A DNA stretch of 32,000 nucleotides, taken from the NCBI GenBank assembly GCA_024698585.1, contig JAILRB010000043.1, forward strand, positions 20,682 to 52,681. The letters run 5' to 3'. Numbering within the stretch: position 1 is the stretch's first letter; every line of letters starts with the position of its first letter. Position numbers and translations under genes: made by a program. The stretch comes from Eubacterium sp. (GTDB lineage Bacteria; Bacillota; Clostridia; Lachnospirales; Lachnospiraceae). Below are positions 1 through 8,581 of the stretch, in pieces. The notes under the pieces were generated by a model. The model worked only from the letters and a program-made list of their open reading frames with translations, was not told the origin of the DNA and searched no databases.

Positions 1-590
1 ATGCTTTCAGTAAAGGCTGTGTCCGTACGGTTTGTTGTGTTGATTCTCCAAATCTGTCTCGTGTTTTCGCCGTTCTTAGTATTAAGAGCCACCTGTGCTC
101 CATCAGAAGAATCATTGTCTGCCTGCTTTACTTCTGCATAAAGTTCTTCTCCGCCACTAGTCTTTCTGGATGAGACAATATAGTAACATCCTGCATAATT
201 TCCAGAGTTGATTCTTACTAACTTCCACTTATAGTCATTGGAATTATCATATCCGTTAAAATCACAGTTGCTTCCAGTGGTGATTCCACAGATTTTCATG
301 CTCTTTCCGGAATAGGAGTTGGTCATGGAATAATATTCTCCACGTTCTGTCAAGGTCCATCTCGCCAGGTCACTCATGGCATTAGTATTCCATACCACTG
401 CATTTGCCCAGAATGTGGACATGTCCGTCTGGGTCAATGCCTTTCCGTTGTAAACATTGACAATGGTATAAAGACCATTGTTGCTAATTCCCTCTGTTGC
501 TGCCTGCGCCTGTTTTTCTCCTCCATCCATCACCGGTAGCATGGCAATCACCAGTACCATCACCAGCATCATTGATACTAACTTCTTCAC
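1..590 (-). CDS. Secreted ricin-type beta-trefoil (QxW) lectin-domain protein. The 5' end is in the window and the 3' end runs off the left edge.
   Basis: Absent from the ORF track because it has no stop in the window. Minus-strand translation from GTG at 590-588 (GGAGG about 10 nt upstream) gives MKKLVSMMLVMVLVIAMLPV, a signal peptide. It is followed by three QxW-like repeats (LARWTL, DYKWKLV, RQIWRI) with GLYTIVNVYNGKAL-type strands. Confidence 0.6.
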   Translation of the reverse strand, partial: MKKLVSMMLVMVLVIAMLPVMDGGEKQAQAATEGISNNGLYTIVNVYNGKALTQTDMSTFWANAVVWNTNAMSDLARWTLTERGEYYSMTNSYSGKSMKICGITTGSNCDFNGYDNSNDYKWKLVRINSGNYAGCYYIVSSRKTSGGEELYAEVKQADNDSSDGAQVALNTKNGENTRQIWRINTTNRTDTAFTES

Positions 591-634
591 TTTAAATAAT
601 CCTCCACTTTTTCTCTCAAATTTGCGCTATTTCT

Positions 635-663
635 ATTATAGAAATTCAGAAAAAGCGACGCAA
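635..663 (-). promoter_or_regulatory. Sigma-A-type promoter for the lectin gene (TTGCGT-17-TATAAT)
   Basis: The reverse complement of 635-663 reads ttgcgt cgctttttctgaatttc tataat. The -10 lies inside a 17-bp perfect palindrome at 629-645. Confidence 0.5.
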
Positions 664-732
664 TATTTCTGAAAAATGAAGGACTTAATGTAAAATATGA
701 GCACCTCCCTCCTCATTCTCTTTCAAAAATCA

Positions 733-761
733 TTGACCCACTCCCCCAACAAATTTATAAT
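733..761 (+). promoter_or_regulatory. Sigma-A-type promoter for iorA (TTGACC-17-TATAAT)
   Basis: ttgacc is at 733-738 and tataat at 756-761 with an exact 17-nt spacer. An AAGGAG RBS lies 6 nt before the ATG at 807. Confidence 0.6.
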
Positions 762-806
762 TATACTTGTGTGAAAACGTGAAAATAAACAACAAAGGAG
801 CTTGCC

Positions 807-2603
807 ATGAAACGAGAATATGTCATGGGAAATGGTGCCATTGCTCTTGGTGCCATGGCTGCAGGAGTCAATGTGGTTGCGGGGTACCCGGGTACACCGT
901 CTTCTGAGATTATTGAGACTCTTGCGAAATATAATAACGGGGACATTCATTTAGAATGGTCCATCAATGAAAAGTCTGCAATGGAAGTGGCTGCCTCTGC
1001 AGCATACACCGGTGCAAGAACTTTAGTAACAATGAAGCAGGTTGGACTGAATGTGGCTTCCGATCCACTGATGTCTTTAGCATATGTGGGAGTGAAAGGT
1101 GGAATGGTCATCGTATCTGCTGATGATCCGGGCCCAATTTCATCCCAAACCGAACAGGACACCAGACTCTTTGCAAGTTTTTGTAAGATTCCTGTTTTTG
1201 ATCCATCTTCTCCGGAAGAAGCTTATGAAATGATTCAGGATGCTTTCGAATATTCTGAGAAATATAAAACACCGGTACTTTTCAGACCAACTACCCGAGT
1301 GTGTCATGCTTATGCTTCTATTGAAGTTGATGAAAAAGTTCAGGTAAAACAGTTCGAAGGTTTTGTAAAGGACTCTAAGAAATGGGTCATCTTCCCTCGG
1401 CTTTCTTTTGCAAACCATGCCATGATTGAACAGAGAAATCCGGAAATTGGAAAGGACTTCTCTACCTATAAATATAACCTGGTATCAGGAACCGGGAAGA
1501 AAGCAGTCTTTGCATCCGGAATCAGTTATTCCTATGCCATGGAATATCTGAAGGATGTTTCAGATGTGAAAGTGGTTAAGATTTCTACACCGTTTCCATT
1601 CCCGGAAGATTTTGTCTTAAAGGCTTTAGCGGATGTTGATGAGGTGCTCTGTTTTGAAGAACTTCATCCATTTATTGAAGAAGAGTTATTAAAACTGGTA
1701 GGTAAACATCATCTGGATGTGAAGGTTTACGGAAAGCATACCGGCAATGTGGCCCAGAGTGGAGAAAATTCCTCCGAGTCTGCTGTGGAAGTGCTTTCAG
1801 CCTTTTTAGGGACGGATAAGAACTTTACCGGCATTGATTTAAGTGATATGCCACAGCTTCCAATGAGACCCCCGGTTCTTTGTGCCGGTTGTCCGCACCG
1901 TGCATCCTTCTATGCTGTAAAACAGGCAATGAAGGGACAGGAAGCATACTTCTGTGGCGATATTGGTTGTTATACCTTAGGAAATGCCATGCCACTAGAT
2001 ATGGTGGATACCTGTCTTTGTATGGGTGCCGGCATTACCATGGCTCAGGGATTCCATTGGACGCATCCCACAGGAACCAGCTTCGCATTTGTAGGGGATT
2101 CCACATTCTTTGCTTCCGGTATGACCGGGGTGGTGAATGCCTTATACAATGAAGCGGATATGGTGCTTTGTGTATTGGATAACTCTACCACTGCCATGAC
2201 GGGACATCAGCCACATCCGGGAACCGGAAGAAACATGATGGGTGATGTCGTGGACAAGGTGAGCATTCAGGAAGTGCTTGCCGGCATGGGCGTGAAGAAA
2301 ATTGAAACCGTGGATCCACTGGATCATGAAAAGGCTGTTGCTGTCGTAAAGGAATGTGCAGCAGAAAAAGGGGTGAAGGCGATTATCTTTAAGTCTCCTT
2401 GTATCGCCATTGTGAAATCAGATAAAAAGATGGCCGTAAACGAAAAATGTATTAACTGTAAGAAATGTATCCGTGAAATCGGATGTCCTGCGTTAATTAC
2501 CGTGGACGGTCAGGTTACCATTGATAAAAACCTGTGTACCGGTTGTGGATTATGTAGCCACATCTGTCCGGTAGGCGCGATTGGAGGTGCATGCAATGAA
2601 TAA
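807..2603 (+). CDS. iorA: Indolepyruvate:ferredoxin oxidoreductase alpha subunit (TPP-dependent 2-oxoacid oxidoreductase with a C-terminal 2x[4Fe-4S] ferredoxin domain)
   Basis: 598 aa. N-terminus is GNGAIALGAMAAGVNVVAGYPGTPSSEI. A TPP-binding region (GDIGCYTLG, GDSTFFASG) is present. C-terminus is CINCKKCIREIGCP...CTGCGLCSHICP. Followed by iorB with an overlapping stop/start. Confidence 0.9.
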   Translation: MKREYVMGNGAIALGAMAAGVNVVAGYPGTPSSEIIETLAKYNNGDIHLEWSINEKSAMEVAASAAYTGARTLVTMKQVGLNVASDPLMSLAYVGVKGGMVIVSADDPGPISSQTEQDTRLFASFCKIPVFDPSSPEEAYEMIQDAFEYSEKYKTPVLFRPTTRVCHAYASIEVDEKVQVKQFEGFVKDSKKWVIFPRLSFANHAMIEQRNPEIGKDFSTYKYNLVSGTGKKAVFASGISYSYAMEYLKDVSDVKVVKISTPFPFPEDFVLKALADVDEVLCFEELHPFIEEELLKLVGKHHLDVKVYGKHTGNVAQSGENSSESAVEVLSAFLGTDKNFTGIDLSDMPQLPMRPPVLCAGCPHRASFYAVKQAMKGQEAYFCGDIGCYTLGNAMPLDMVDTCLCMGAGITMAQGFHWTHPTGTSFAFVGDSTFFASGMTGVVNALYNEADMVLCVLDNSTTAMTGHQPHPGTGRNMMGDVVDKVSIQEVLAGMGVKKIETVDPLDHEKAVAVVKECAAEKGVKAIIFKSPCIAIVKSDKKMAVNEKCINCKKCIREIGCPALITVDGQVTIDKNLCTGCGLCSHICPVGAIGGACNE

Positions 2604-3189
2604 GGATATTTTAGTTTGTGGCGTTGGTGGTCAGGGTACTGTCCTTGCCTCAAAGTTGATTGCCTCTGCATTCATGAGTGAAGGAGAAACTGTTCATTCC
2701 GCGGAAACCATCGGAATGGCACAGCGTGGCGGTTCTGTAACCAGTCACATCCGTGTGGGTGACGCAGCCTACTCTCCATTGATTCCAAGGGGAAAGGCAG
2801 ATATGATTCTTGCCTTTGAGCCGGCGGAAGCTGTACGAAATCTGTCCTACCTGAAAAAAGATGGAATTGTCATTGTAAACAGCGAACCGGTGAAACCAAT
2901 CACGGAATCTTTACAGGATACCGGCTATGACGGAACAGATATGATTGCATATCTGAAAACAAAGTGTTCCTGCCTGGTAGTAGATGCTAAGACATTGTGT
3001 GAACCATTCGGTTCTTCTAAATTTTTCAATGTTGCAATTTTAGGCGTTGCTGTGGGAACCAATCGATTAGGACTGAATAAGGATTGTGTGTTAAAGGAAA
3101 TCGAAACAAGAATCAATCCGAAATTTATAGAGTTAAATAAAAAAGCATTCTTAGCAGGAATGCAGATAGGAGAGACAAATGAAGCTTAA
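2596..3189 (+). CDS. iorB: Indolepyruvate:ferredoxin oxidoreductase beta subunit
   Basis: MNKDILVCGVGGQGTVLASKLIA is a typical IorB/gamma-type N-terminus. I chose the ATG at 2596 (GGAGGTG 6-7 nt upstream) over the TTG at 2581 used by the track. Overlaps the end of iorA by 8 nt. Confidence 0.9.
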   Translation: MNKDILVCGVGGQGTVLASKLIASAFMSEGETVHSAETIGMAQRGGSVTSHIRVGDAAYSPLIPRGKADMILAFEPAEAVRNLSYLKKDGIVIVNSEPVKPITESLQDTGYDGTDMIAYLKTKCSCLVVDAKTLCEPFGSSKFFNVAILGVAVGTNRLGLNKDCVLKEIETRINPKFIELNKKAFLAGMQIGETNEA

Positions 3190-4420
3190 CGAAAAACAGT
3201 TACAGTTCGTAGACGCTCAGGTGAAACGTCTGATTCAGACAGACAGCTACTACGGAAAGAAATTCAGGGACTTAGGAATTACGGAAATCAAAACCTATGA
3301 AGACTTCCTGAAGATTCCATTTTCCAGCAAGGACGATTTAAGAAATGCATATCCTCTGGGAATTCAGGCAGTACCGGATGAAGAAGTCGTAAGAATTCAT
3401 TCTTCTTCAGGTACTACAGGAAAGCCGGTAATCATTCCTTACACAGCAAAGGACGTGGATGATTGGGCTACCATGTTTGCCAGATGTTATGAATTCGCCG
3501 GAATCACAAACACAGACCGCATTCAGATTACTCCGGGATACGGACTCTGGACTGCCGGCATTGGTTTCCAGGCTGGTTGTGAAAAGCTGGGTGCCATGGC
3601 AATTCCTATGGGACCGGGAAACACAGACAAGCAGATTCAGATGATGTTAGACTTAGAAAGTACCGTCATTACTGCAACTTCTTCTTATGCCCTTTTGTTG
3701 GCGGAAGAAATCAATCGTCGTGGACTTCGCGATCAGATTAAGTTGAAAAAGGGTGTCATCGGTTCTGAACGTTGGAGCGAGAAGAAGCGTGAATACATTA
3801 AGAATGAGCTCGGCATTGAGCTTTACGACATTTACGGATTAACTGAAATTTACGGACCGGGTATCGGTGTGAATTGTCAGAAAGAAGCCGGAATTCATTA
3901 CTGGGATGATTATCTTTTCATTGAAATCATTAACCCTAAGACAGGCGAACCGGTAGAGGATGGAGAAGAAGGAGAAATCGTAATCACGACTTTAGTGAAG
4001 GAAGGTGCTCCGCTAATTCGTTTCCGTACTCATGATATTTCCAGAATCATTCCGGAAAAATGTTCTTGTGGCAGCGACTTCCCACGTATCGACATCATTC
4101 GTGGACGTAGCGATGATATGTTTAAGGTACATGGGGTCAATATGTTCCCAAGCCAGGTGGAAGATTTACTGCAGACTGTGGACGGTGTCTTAAGTGAATA
4201 TAGCATCAACATTGCTCATGACGAATCCATTAACAAAGACGTGATGCTTCTCACTGTGGAAGCGGAAGGTCGTGTGGACTTCGAAGAAACCGAAAAAATC
4301 ATTCGTGAACAGTTTAAATCACGGATTGGTGTGACTCCTAAGGTTACCGTGGTTCCGATTAATACACTTCCTCGAAGTGAAAAGAAGACACAGCGTGTCA
4401 TTGATCATAGAGAACTTTAA
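3179..4420 (+). CDS. paaK: Phenylacetate-CoA ligase family (PaaK-like, AMP-forming adenylating enzyme)
   Basis: 413 aa with SSGTTGKPV (the adenylation P-loop of the PaaK family), YGLTE and the C-terminal GRSDDMFKV.GVN.FP motif. Overlaps the iorB stop, which suggests an operon. Confidence 0.85.
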   Translation: MKLNEKQLQFVDAQVKRLIQTDSYYGKKFRDLGITEIKTYEDFLKIPFSSKDDLRNAYPLGIQAVPDEEVVRIHSSSGTTGKPVIIPYTAKDVDDWATMFARCYEFAGITNTDRIQITPGYGLWTAGIGFQAGCEKLGAMAIPMGPGNTDKQIQMMLDLESTVITATSSYALLLAEEINRRGLRDQIKLKKGVIGSERWSEKKREYIKNELGIELYDIYGLTEIYGPGIGVNCQKEAGIHYWDDYLFIEIINPKTGEPVEDGEEGEIVITTLVKEGAPLIRFRTHDISRIIPEKCSCGSDFPRIDIIRGRSDDMFKVHGVNMFPSQVEDLLQTVDGVLSEYSINIAHDESINKDVMLLTVEAEGRVDFEETEKIIREQFKSRIGVTPKVTVVPINTLPRSEKKTQRVIDHREL

Positions 4421-4424
4421 TTTA

Positions 4425-4467
4425 TGTGGGAATTTCCTCTTATGGAGGAGATTCCCACATTTTTTCT
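4425..4467 (+). terminator. Rho-independent terminator of iorAB-paaK
   Basis: tgtgggaatttcctc (4425-4439) pairs with gaggagattcccaca (4445-4459) with one G-U pair. The loop is ttatg and the hairpin is followed by tttttt. Confidence 0.85.
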
Positions 4468-4510
4468 TAAGTGTTCAAATTTTATTTTTAGTTTTTTGAT
4501 TTTAGTTTTT

Positions 4511-4538
4511 TTCATTTTTTTCTCGGATATGCTATAAT
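4511..4538 (+). promoter_or_regulatory. Extended -10 promoter (TGcTATAAT) for the 447-aa gene
   Basis: tgc tataat is at 4530-4538 with a weak -35 ttcatt at 4511-4516. An AT-rich upstream tract is present. Confidence 0.4.
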
Positions 4539-4627
4539 AAAATCGCCTATGTGTATTAGCACGGAAAAAACATTCCCCTCTTAGAAGGGTAAAATTTTAA
4601 AATTTAATTAAGTAAGGAGAATAAAAA

Positions 4628-5971
4628 ATGGCAGGCTTTTTTCGTCAAATGTTTGGAAAAAGCGGTGGCAATGGAGACGGATCAGCAACAGGTTCTTTTT
4701 CCATGGGTGTAACCGGGATTCCAAAAACATTTAATGCAGATGAACTCGTAGTTGAAGGAAAAGTTGACGGTACTGTAAAACCGGGAATGGTTGTAAACAT
4801 TGCAAACTATGGCGACGATGATCGAAAAGATTATGTTGCTACCATCATTGATATTGAGGTAAAACAGAAACAGGTTGCAAAAGCTTCCAATTGTGTTGTT
4901 TCCTTAAGAGTAAACAATCCGGGAAATACGAACATTAAAGCCGGAACTTTATTTTTCACAGATGATTCCACACAGGATGAACTAAGAAATTCTTATGTGG
5001 AGGCCTTGGAAGAATACTACATTAACACTCACAAACTTAATTTCACAGAAGGCGAAATAAAAATCATGAGTATTACGGACCTTGCGGAAGTAATTCGACT
5101 GATTACCGTAAAGTACCCTGCGACAGACGTAACTGCAAAAAGGGTAAAGGATTTATTGAAGAAACTCTTAGCAGAACGAATTTTAAATTCCAATGAAATC
5201 TATTCTGTTATTGACCGCTCTACCGGAGAACCATATATGTTCTCTGAAATCATAGAGAAGGATGGCAAACCGGATTGCACGGATCCTACTATTCTTGTTT
5301 TCACCCGTGCATATTTAAAATTATTCGAGGGAAAATATAGTGATGCTTTTTATGAAATCGTTCGCTTCAGTAAAGAGGATGATGAAGATGCCATCATTGA
5401 TTTCCTTGGAACCTCATTCTATTTAAATGGTGCTGATGGTGTTCAGGTTCTTTGGCCGGAAACTACTCTCCCAGCAGAAACCGTGGTTCCAAAGCCGGAT
5501 TTATCTAAAATTCCTGAAGCAGACCGTCCGGTATCAAATCCGGGACTGGTAAAATGGTTGCTGTTATTAGGACAATTAGACACTACTGACCCTGAAAGTG
5601 AGAAGGCCCAAAAAGTTTATAACAACTATATGTATAAGGCACTTCTCAGAGCCAAATTCATCATTCCTGTAAAGGCAGGAAGTCCCACCCCTTCTACTGA
5701 CGAGGACGGAAATATCATCTTAACACAGGATGTGAAGGATACTCTGGGCACAGCTGTTGGAAAATATATTAAAGAATCAGTTCGTATTTACACTGACTGG
5801 AAGCATTTACTGATGGAATATAATTCCGGATGGGGCGGATTTGTTCAGTCCATCCCTTCCTTGATTCACGAATATGATTGTGCAATCAATGTAACCAGAT
5901 TTATGAACACCAGCCTTTATGTAGACGACCAGTTATATGATGAAATCATGGATCATATTGTAAACAGTTAA
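4628..5971 (+). CDS. Hypothetical cytoplasmic protein with an N-terminal EF-Tu domain-2-like beta-barrel and two SseB-like halves
   Basis: 447 aa with an AAGGAG RBS. Residues about 25-110 (FSMGV..VVEGKVDGTVKPGMVVNI..ATIIDIEVKQKQVAKASNCVVSLRV..IKAGTLF) follow the GTP_EFTU_D2 pattern. PTILVFTRAYLKLF...YLNGADG and RIYTDWKHLL...CAINV resemble SseB N-/C-domain signatures. No signal peptide, TM segment or catalytic motif was seen. Confidence 0.55.
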   Translation: MAGFFRQMFGKSGGNGDGSATGSFSMGVTGIPKTFNADELVVEGKVDGTVKPGMVVNIANYGDDDRKDYVATIIDIEVKQKQVAKASNCVVSLRVNNPGNTNIKAGTLFFTDDSTQDELRNSYVEALEEYYINTHKLNFTEGEIKIMSITDLAEVIRLITVKYPATDVTAKRVKDLLKKLLAERILNSNEIYSVIDRSTGEPYMFSEIIEKDGKPDCTDPTILVFTRAYLKLFEGKYSDAFYEIVRFSKEDDEDAIIDFLGTSFYLNGADGVQVLWPETTLPAETVVPKPDLSKIPEADRPVSNPGLVKWLLLLGQLDTTDPESEKAQKVYNNYMYKALLRAKFIIPVKAGSPTPSTDEDGNIILTQDVKDTLGTAVGKYIKESVRIYTDWKHLLMEYNSGWGGFVQSIPSLIHEYDCAINVTRFMNTSLYVDDQLYDEIMDHIVNS

Positions 5972-5982
5972 AAGAAAGAAGA

Positions 5983-6010
5983 CCCTGCGATCACTTCCGC
6001 AGGGTTTTTT
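5983..6010. terminator. Bidirectional intrinsic terminator shared by the convergent 447-aa gene and prsW
   Basis: ccctgcg (5983-5989) pairs with cgcaggg (5998-6004) around an 8-nt loop. T6 follows on the + strand and a T-rich tract follows on the - strand. Confidence 0.8.
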
Positions 6011-6020
6011 AACGTCTTTA

Positions 6021-6704
6021 TTAAATTGCGTGATCTTCCGAAGAAAGTTTCTTTAGTTTTTTGTAGGATACAATCGTAAACACAATTTCGAAAATCAGGA
6101 ACACTAACAGGAACCAGGCATTTCCCACCATGACACAGAAATCGTAAAATCCATGGAGCAAAATCGGAATCAGTACTGCCTTCCTGAGACTTCTTTGCTT
6201 TTCAACCTCATTATCCTGATTGGCATATTTTTTTGCCTGTCCATAATGCTTTCCCATATACATTCCAAACATCGCATGTCCCGGAACGGAAGTGAGTGCG
6301 CGAAGAATCGCTATCAATACTCCTCCCTCTGCCACATATAGGATATTCTCAATCGTTGCAAATCCCAGAGACACAAACATTCCATAAACGACTCCATCAA
6401 AAATATAGTTAAAAGCTTCATGATTCCATGTCACTTTTTTTAGAACCACATACTTCCCCAACTCCTCTGAGCATGCAGTAATAATAAAGGCATCAATGAG
6501 CGTAAACAACATTCCTTCCGTTTCGATGGCCATCCCCACAAGAATGGTTCCTATCACTTCCAAAATAACTGCGCTGATTACAGTCAACGCACCAAACCCG
6601 AATAGTTTCACTAATAAATCCTTTGGTTCCTTCTCCAATCCATCCTTCTTGTAAATATAAAGGATTAATAATAGTGTTGGAATCACTGCTAATCTTATTC
6701 CCAT
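6021..6704 (-). CDS. prsW: PrsW-family intramembrane metalloprotease
   Basis: 227 aa and polytopic. Signature motifs are CSEELGKYVVL (EExxK), PGHAMFGMYMG and LLHGFYDF. The start lies 14 nt after the stop of the upstream gene and has an AGAGGA RBS. Confidence 0.8.
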   Translation of the reverse strand: MGIRLAVIPTLLLILYIYKKDGLEKEPKDLLVKLFGFGALTVISAVILEVIGTILVGMAIETEGMLFTLIDAFIITACSEELGKYVVLKKVTWNHEAFNYIFDGVVYGMFVSLGFATIENILYVAEGGVLIAILRALTSVPGHAMFGMYMGKHYGQAKKYANQDNEVEKQRSLRKAVLIPILLHGFYDFCVMVGNAWFLLVFLIFEIVFTIVSYKKLKKLSSEDHAI

Positions 6705-6718
6705 TTTCTTTCCTCTTT

Positions 6719-8470
6719 CTAATTCTTAAATGCTGTTCCCGGAGCAGCAGTTCCATCAAAGATGAAACCACTCCTTGGATTACTATTCCGGTTCTTATCT
6801 ACCTGCATGCTTTCCACCTGGCTTCGCGTCAGAGTGAACTGTGACGGAACCTTTAAGCCCGGCTGAAGCAGTTCAATATCTCCACCCAGGTAATTATAGA
6901 GTGCATACCATTGATCATCAGACTCATTATGCATGAAGTACAAGTCTCCCTGTCTTTCATACCCTTGAATGGTGGTATACTTTTGGTTCTTTACGATAAT
7001 GTCTGCGTTTGGACGATTTGAAAACTTTTCGCCTAAGCAAAACTGGTTATTCATGTTAATGTACCTTCCGTCAACCCAGGCATCTTCGATATAGTAGATG
7101 CCTCCTAACACACTGTCCTTTGAAATGTAGGTATAGCAAATATCCGGTCGCTGACCACTGTAGAATGGTTCCATCCCGACCCGAAGCCATGCACCGGAAC
7201 CAATCTTATTCTCTAATGCTTTTCCTTCCATAATGGATTCATAAGCGGCAATATGTTGATCTGCTGCTTTTCCATAAGTTTCCAAGGTTTTCTTTAGGGA
7301 CGCTAAGGTGACTTTTCCCACAATATCTGAAGAAGAACGATTGAACAGATAATTTATTTTCACATCAGAAGTGTAAATCGCATTACTATTCCCATTTCCA
7401 TCGCCACCATAAGTTCTTGTCGTTCCATTGTAAGTAACATCAATTTCGTAATGATTCTCTCCCTGCTTCACATTGCAACCCGGCGCAATGATTTTTGCCG
7501 CCTCCTTTAAGGTTGCCGGGAAACTCAAGGAATCCAATACGAAAGGATATAAGTCACTAGCAAATAAATAATCGGAAGAAGTATTGTACATCCGATAATA
7601 AGCATTTAGGTACAGTTCCTTATACGGCGATGTCGTAAGGAACGGATATGGTGTATTGTTATTTTTCTTGGAACTATCCAATAATCTTCGCGGATAGATA
7701 CTGATGCTTTCCATTTTCTTCTGAAGGGCATCCATCTTTGCGAAAAAGTTCATGGAGGATGTGGTGCTGGTATCAACCAGATACTGTGCCGCACTTTTCA
7801 CTGCCGGACAGGACACCTTGATTTTCGTGGTTTGGAAGGAATTCGACTTCGAATTATACACCTGAAGATTTAAGGTTCCCCCATCAATATGTTCCTTATA
7901 TGCGGAAAAGAGATAACCACCCTTTACCCTTCCGGATTTCTTGTTCTCATATTTCACATCATAGTAACGTTCCGCTACCGGTTTCATATATCCCTTCTGA
8001 TTTTTGGAATAGTACCGGCTGCTTGGATCTAGGAAGCGAATCTCCATGGCATCCGGGTAGTCAGTCTGCACATAAAAATATTCGTCAAAAGGTGCCAATA
8101 ACGGTACTACTTTATATCGATAACTTTCTGCTTTCTGTACGGCATTTTTATACTTCACCCTTACCTTACAGTTATATTTTTTCTTCCCGATTTTTGCGGT
8201 GATGACTGTCGTTCCACCTTTCAGCCCCTTAACAGTCACACCCTTTTTCGATTTTTTCACAATCTTTACGATTTTCTTATTTTTAACCTTCCACTGAACT
8301 TTTTTCGAATTGTTCTTCAGTGGGATGGTCTTCTTTGCAGCATAGGTCACTGTGGTTTTTTTCGCCAAGGACACTTTCTTTGCCGCCGCAACCTGAGTAT
8401 TACTCAAATAAATTCCACAGGTCATGACGCATAAAAGCACCAGGACACGAAATGTATTTTTATTTTTCAT
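6719..8470 (-). CDS. Exported hypothetical protein with a signal peptide, a Lys-rich Big_2-like Ig domain and a roughly 470-aa domain of unknown function
   Basis: 583 aa. MKNKNTFRVLVLLCVMTCGIYLSNTQVAAA is a signal peptide. KKTIPLKNNSKKVQWKVKNKKIVKIVKKSKKGVTVKGLKGGTTVITAKIGKKKYNCKVRV fits the Big_2 pattern. I recognise nothing in the rest. Confidence 0.65.
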   Translation of the reverse strand: MKNKNTFRVLVLLCVMTCGIYLSNTQVAAAKKVSLAKKTTVTYAAKKTIPLKNNSKKVQWKVKNKKIVKIVKKSKKGVTVKGLKGGTTVITAKIGKKKYNCKVRVKYKNAVQKAESYRYKVVPLLAPFDEYFYVQTDYPDAMEIRFLDPSSRYYSKNQKGYMKPVAERYYDVKYENKKSGRVKGGYLFSAYKEHIDGGTLNLQVYNSKSNSFQTTKIKVSCPAVKSAAQYLVDTSTTSSMNFFAKMDALQKKMESISIYPRRLLDSSKKNNNTPYPFLTTSPYKELYLNAYYRMYNTSSDYLFASDLYPFVLDSLSFPATLKEAAKIIAPGCNVKQGENHYEIDVTYNGTTRTYGGDGNGNSNAIYTSDVKINYLFNRSSSDIVGKVTLASLKKTLETYGKAADQHIAAYESIMEGKALENKIGSGAWLRVGMEPFYSGQRPDICYTYISKDSVLGGIYYIEDAWVDGRYINMNNQFCLGEKFSNRPNADIIVKNQKYTTIQGYERQGDLYFMHNESDDQWYALYNYLGGDIELLQPGLKVPSQFTLTRSQVESMQVDKNRNSNPRSGFIFDGTAAPGTAFKN

Positions 8471-8505
8471 TGCTTTTCTCCCATCGTTTCGTCCGTAATA
8501 GTTAT

Positions 8506-8534
8506 AGTATATTGAAAAACAAAGAAAGATGCAA
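8506..8534 (-). promoter_or_regulatory. Sigma-A-type promoter (TTGCAT-17-TATACT) for the 583-aa gene/prsW unit
   Basis: The reverse complement reads ttgcat ctttctttgtttttcaa tatact. The -35 overlaps a weak hairpin, gatgc-aatc-gcatc at 8528-8541. That hairpin may act as a weak terminator of the fab operon. Confidence 0.5.
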
Positions 8535-8581
8535 TCGCATCATCCCTCCCTAAAATGATACAACTACATCTTCTACCATAT

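Noticed and set aside
4488-4515. An AT-rich direct repeat, tttagtttttt g attttagttttttt
   Set aside because: It has only two short, imperfect, low-complexity copies in a promoter-upstream region. It is not CRISPR-like or a mobile-element end and is probably an UP-element-like A/T tract.
4628-4670. A Walker-A-like FGKSGGNG at the N-terminus of the 447-aa protein
   Set aside because: The spacing does not fit GxxxxGK[ST]. No Walker B or other NTPase motifs follow. It sits in a Gly-rich, probably disordered leader.
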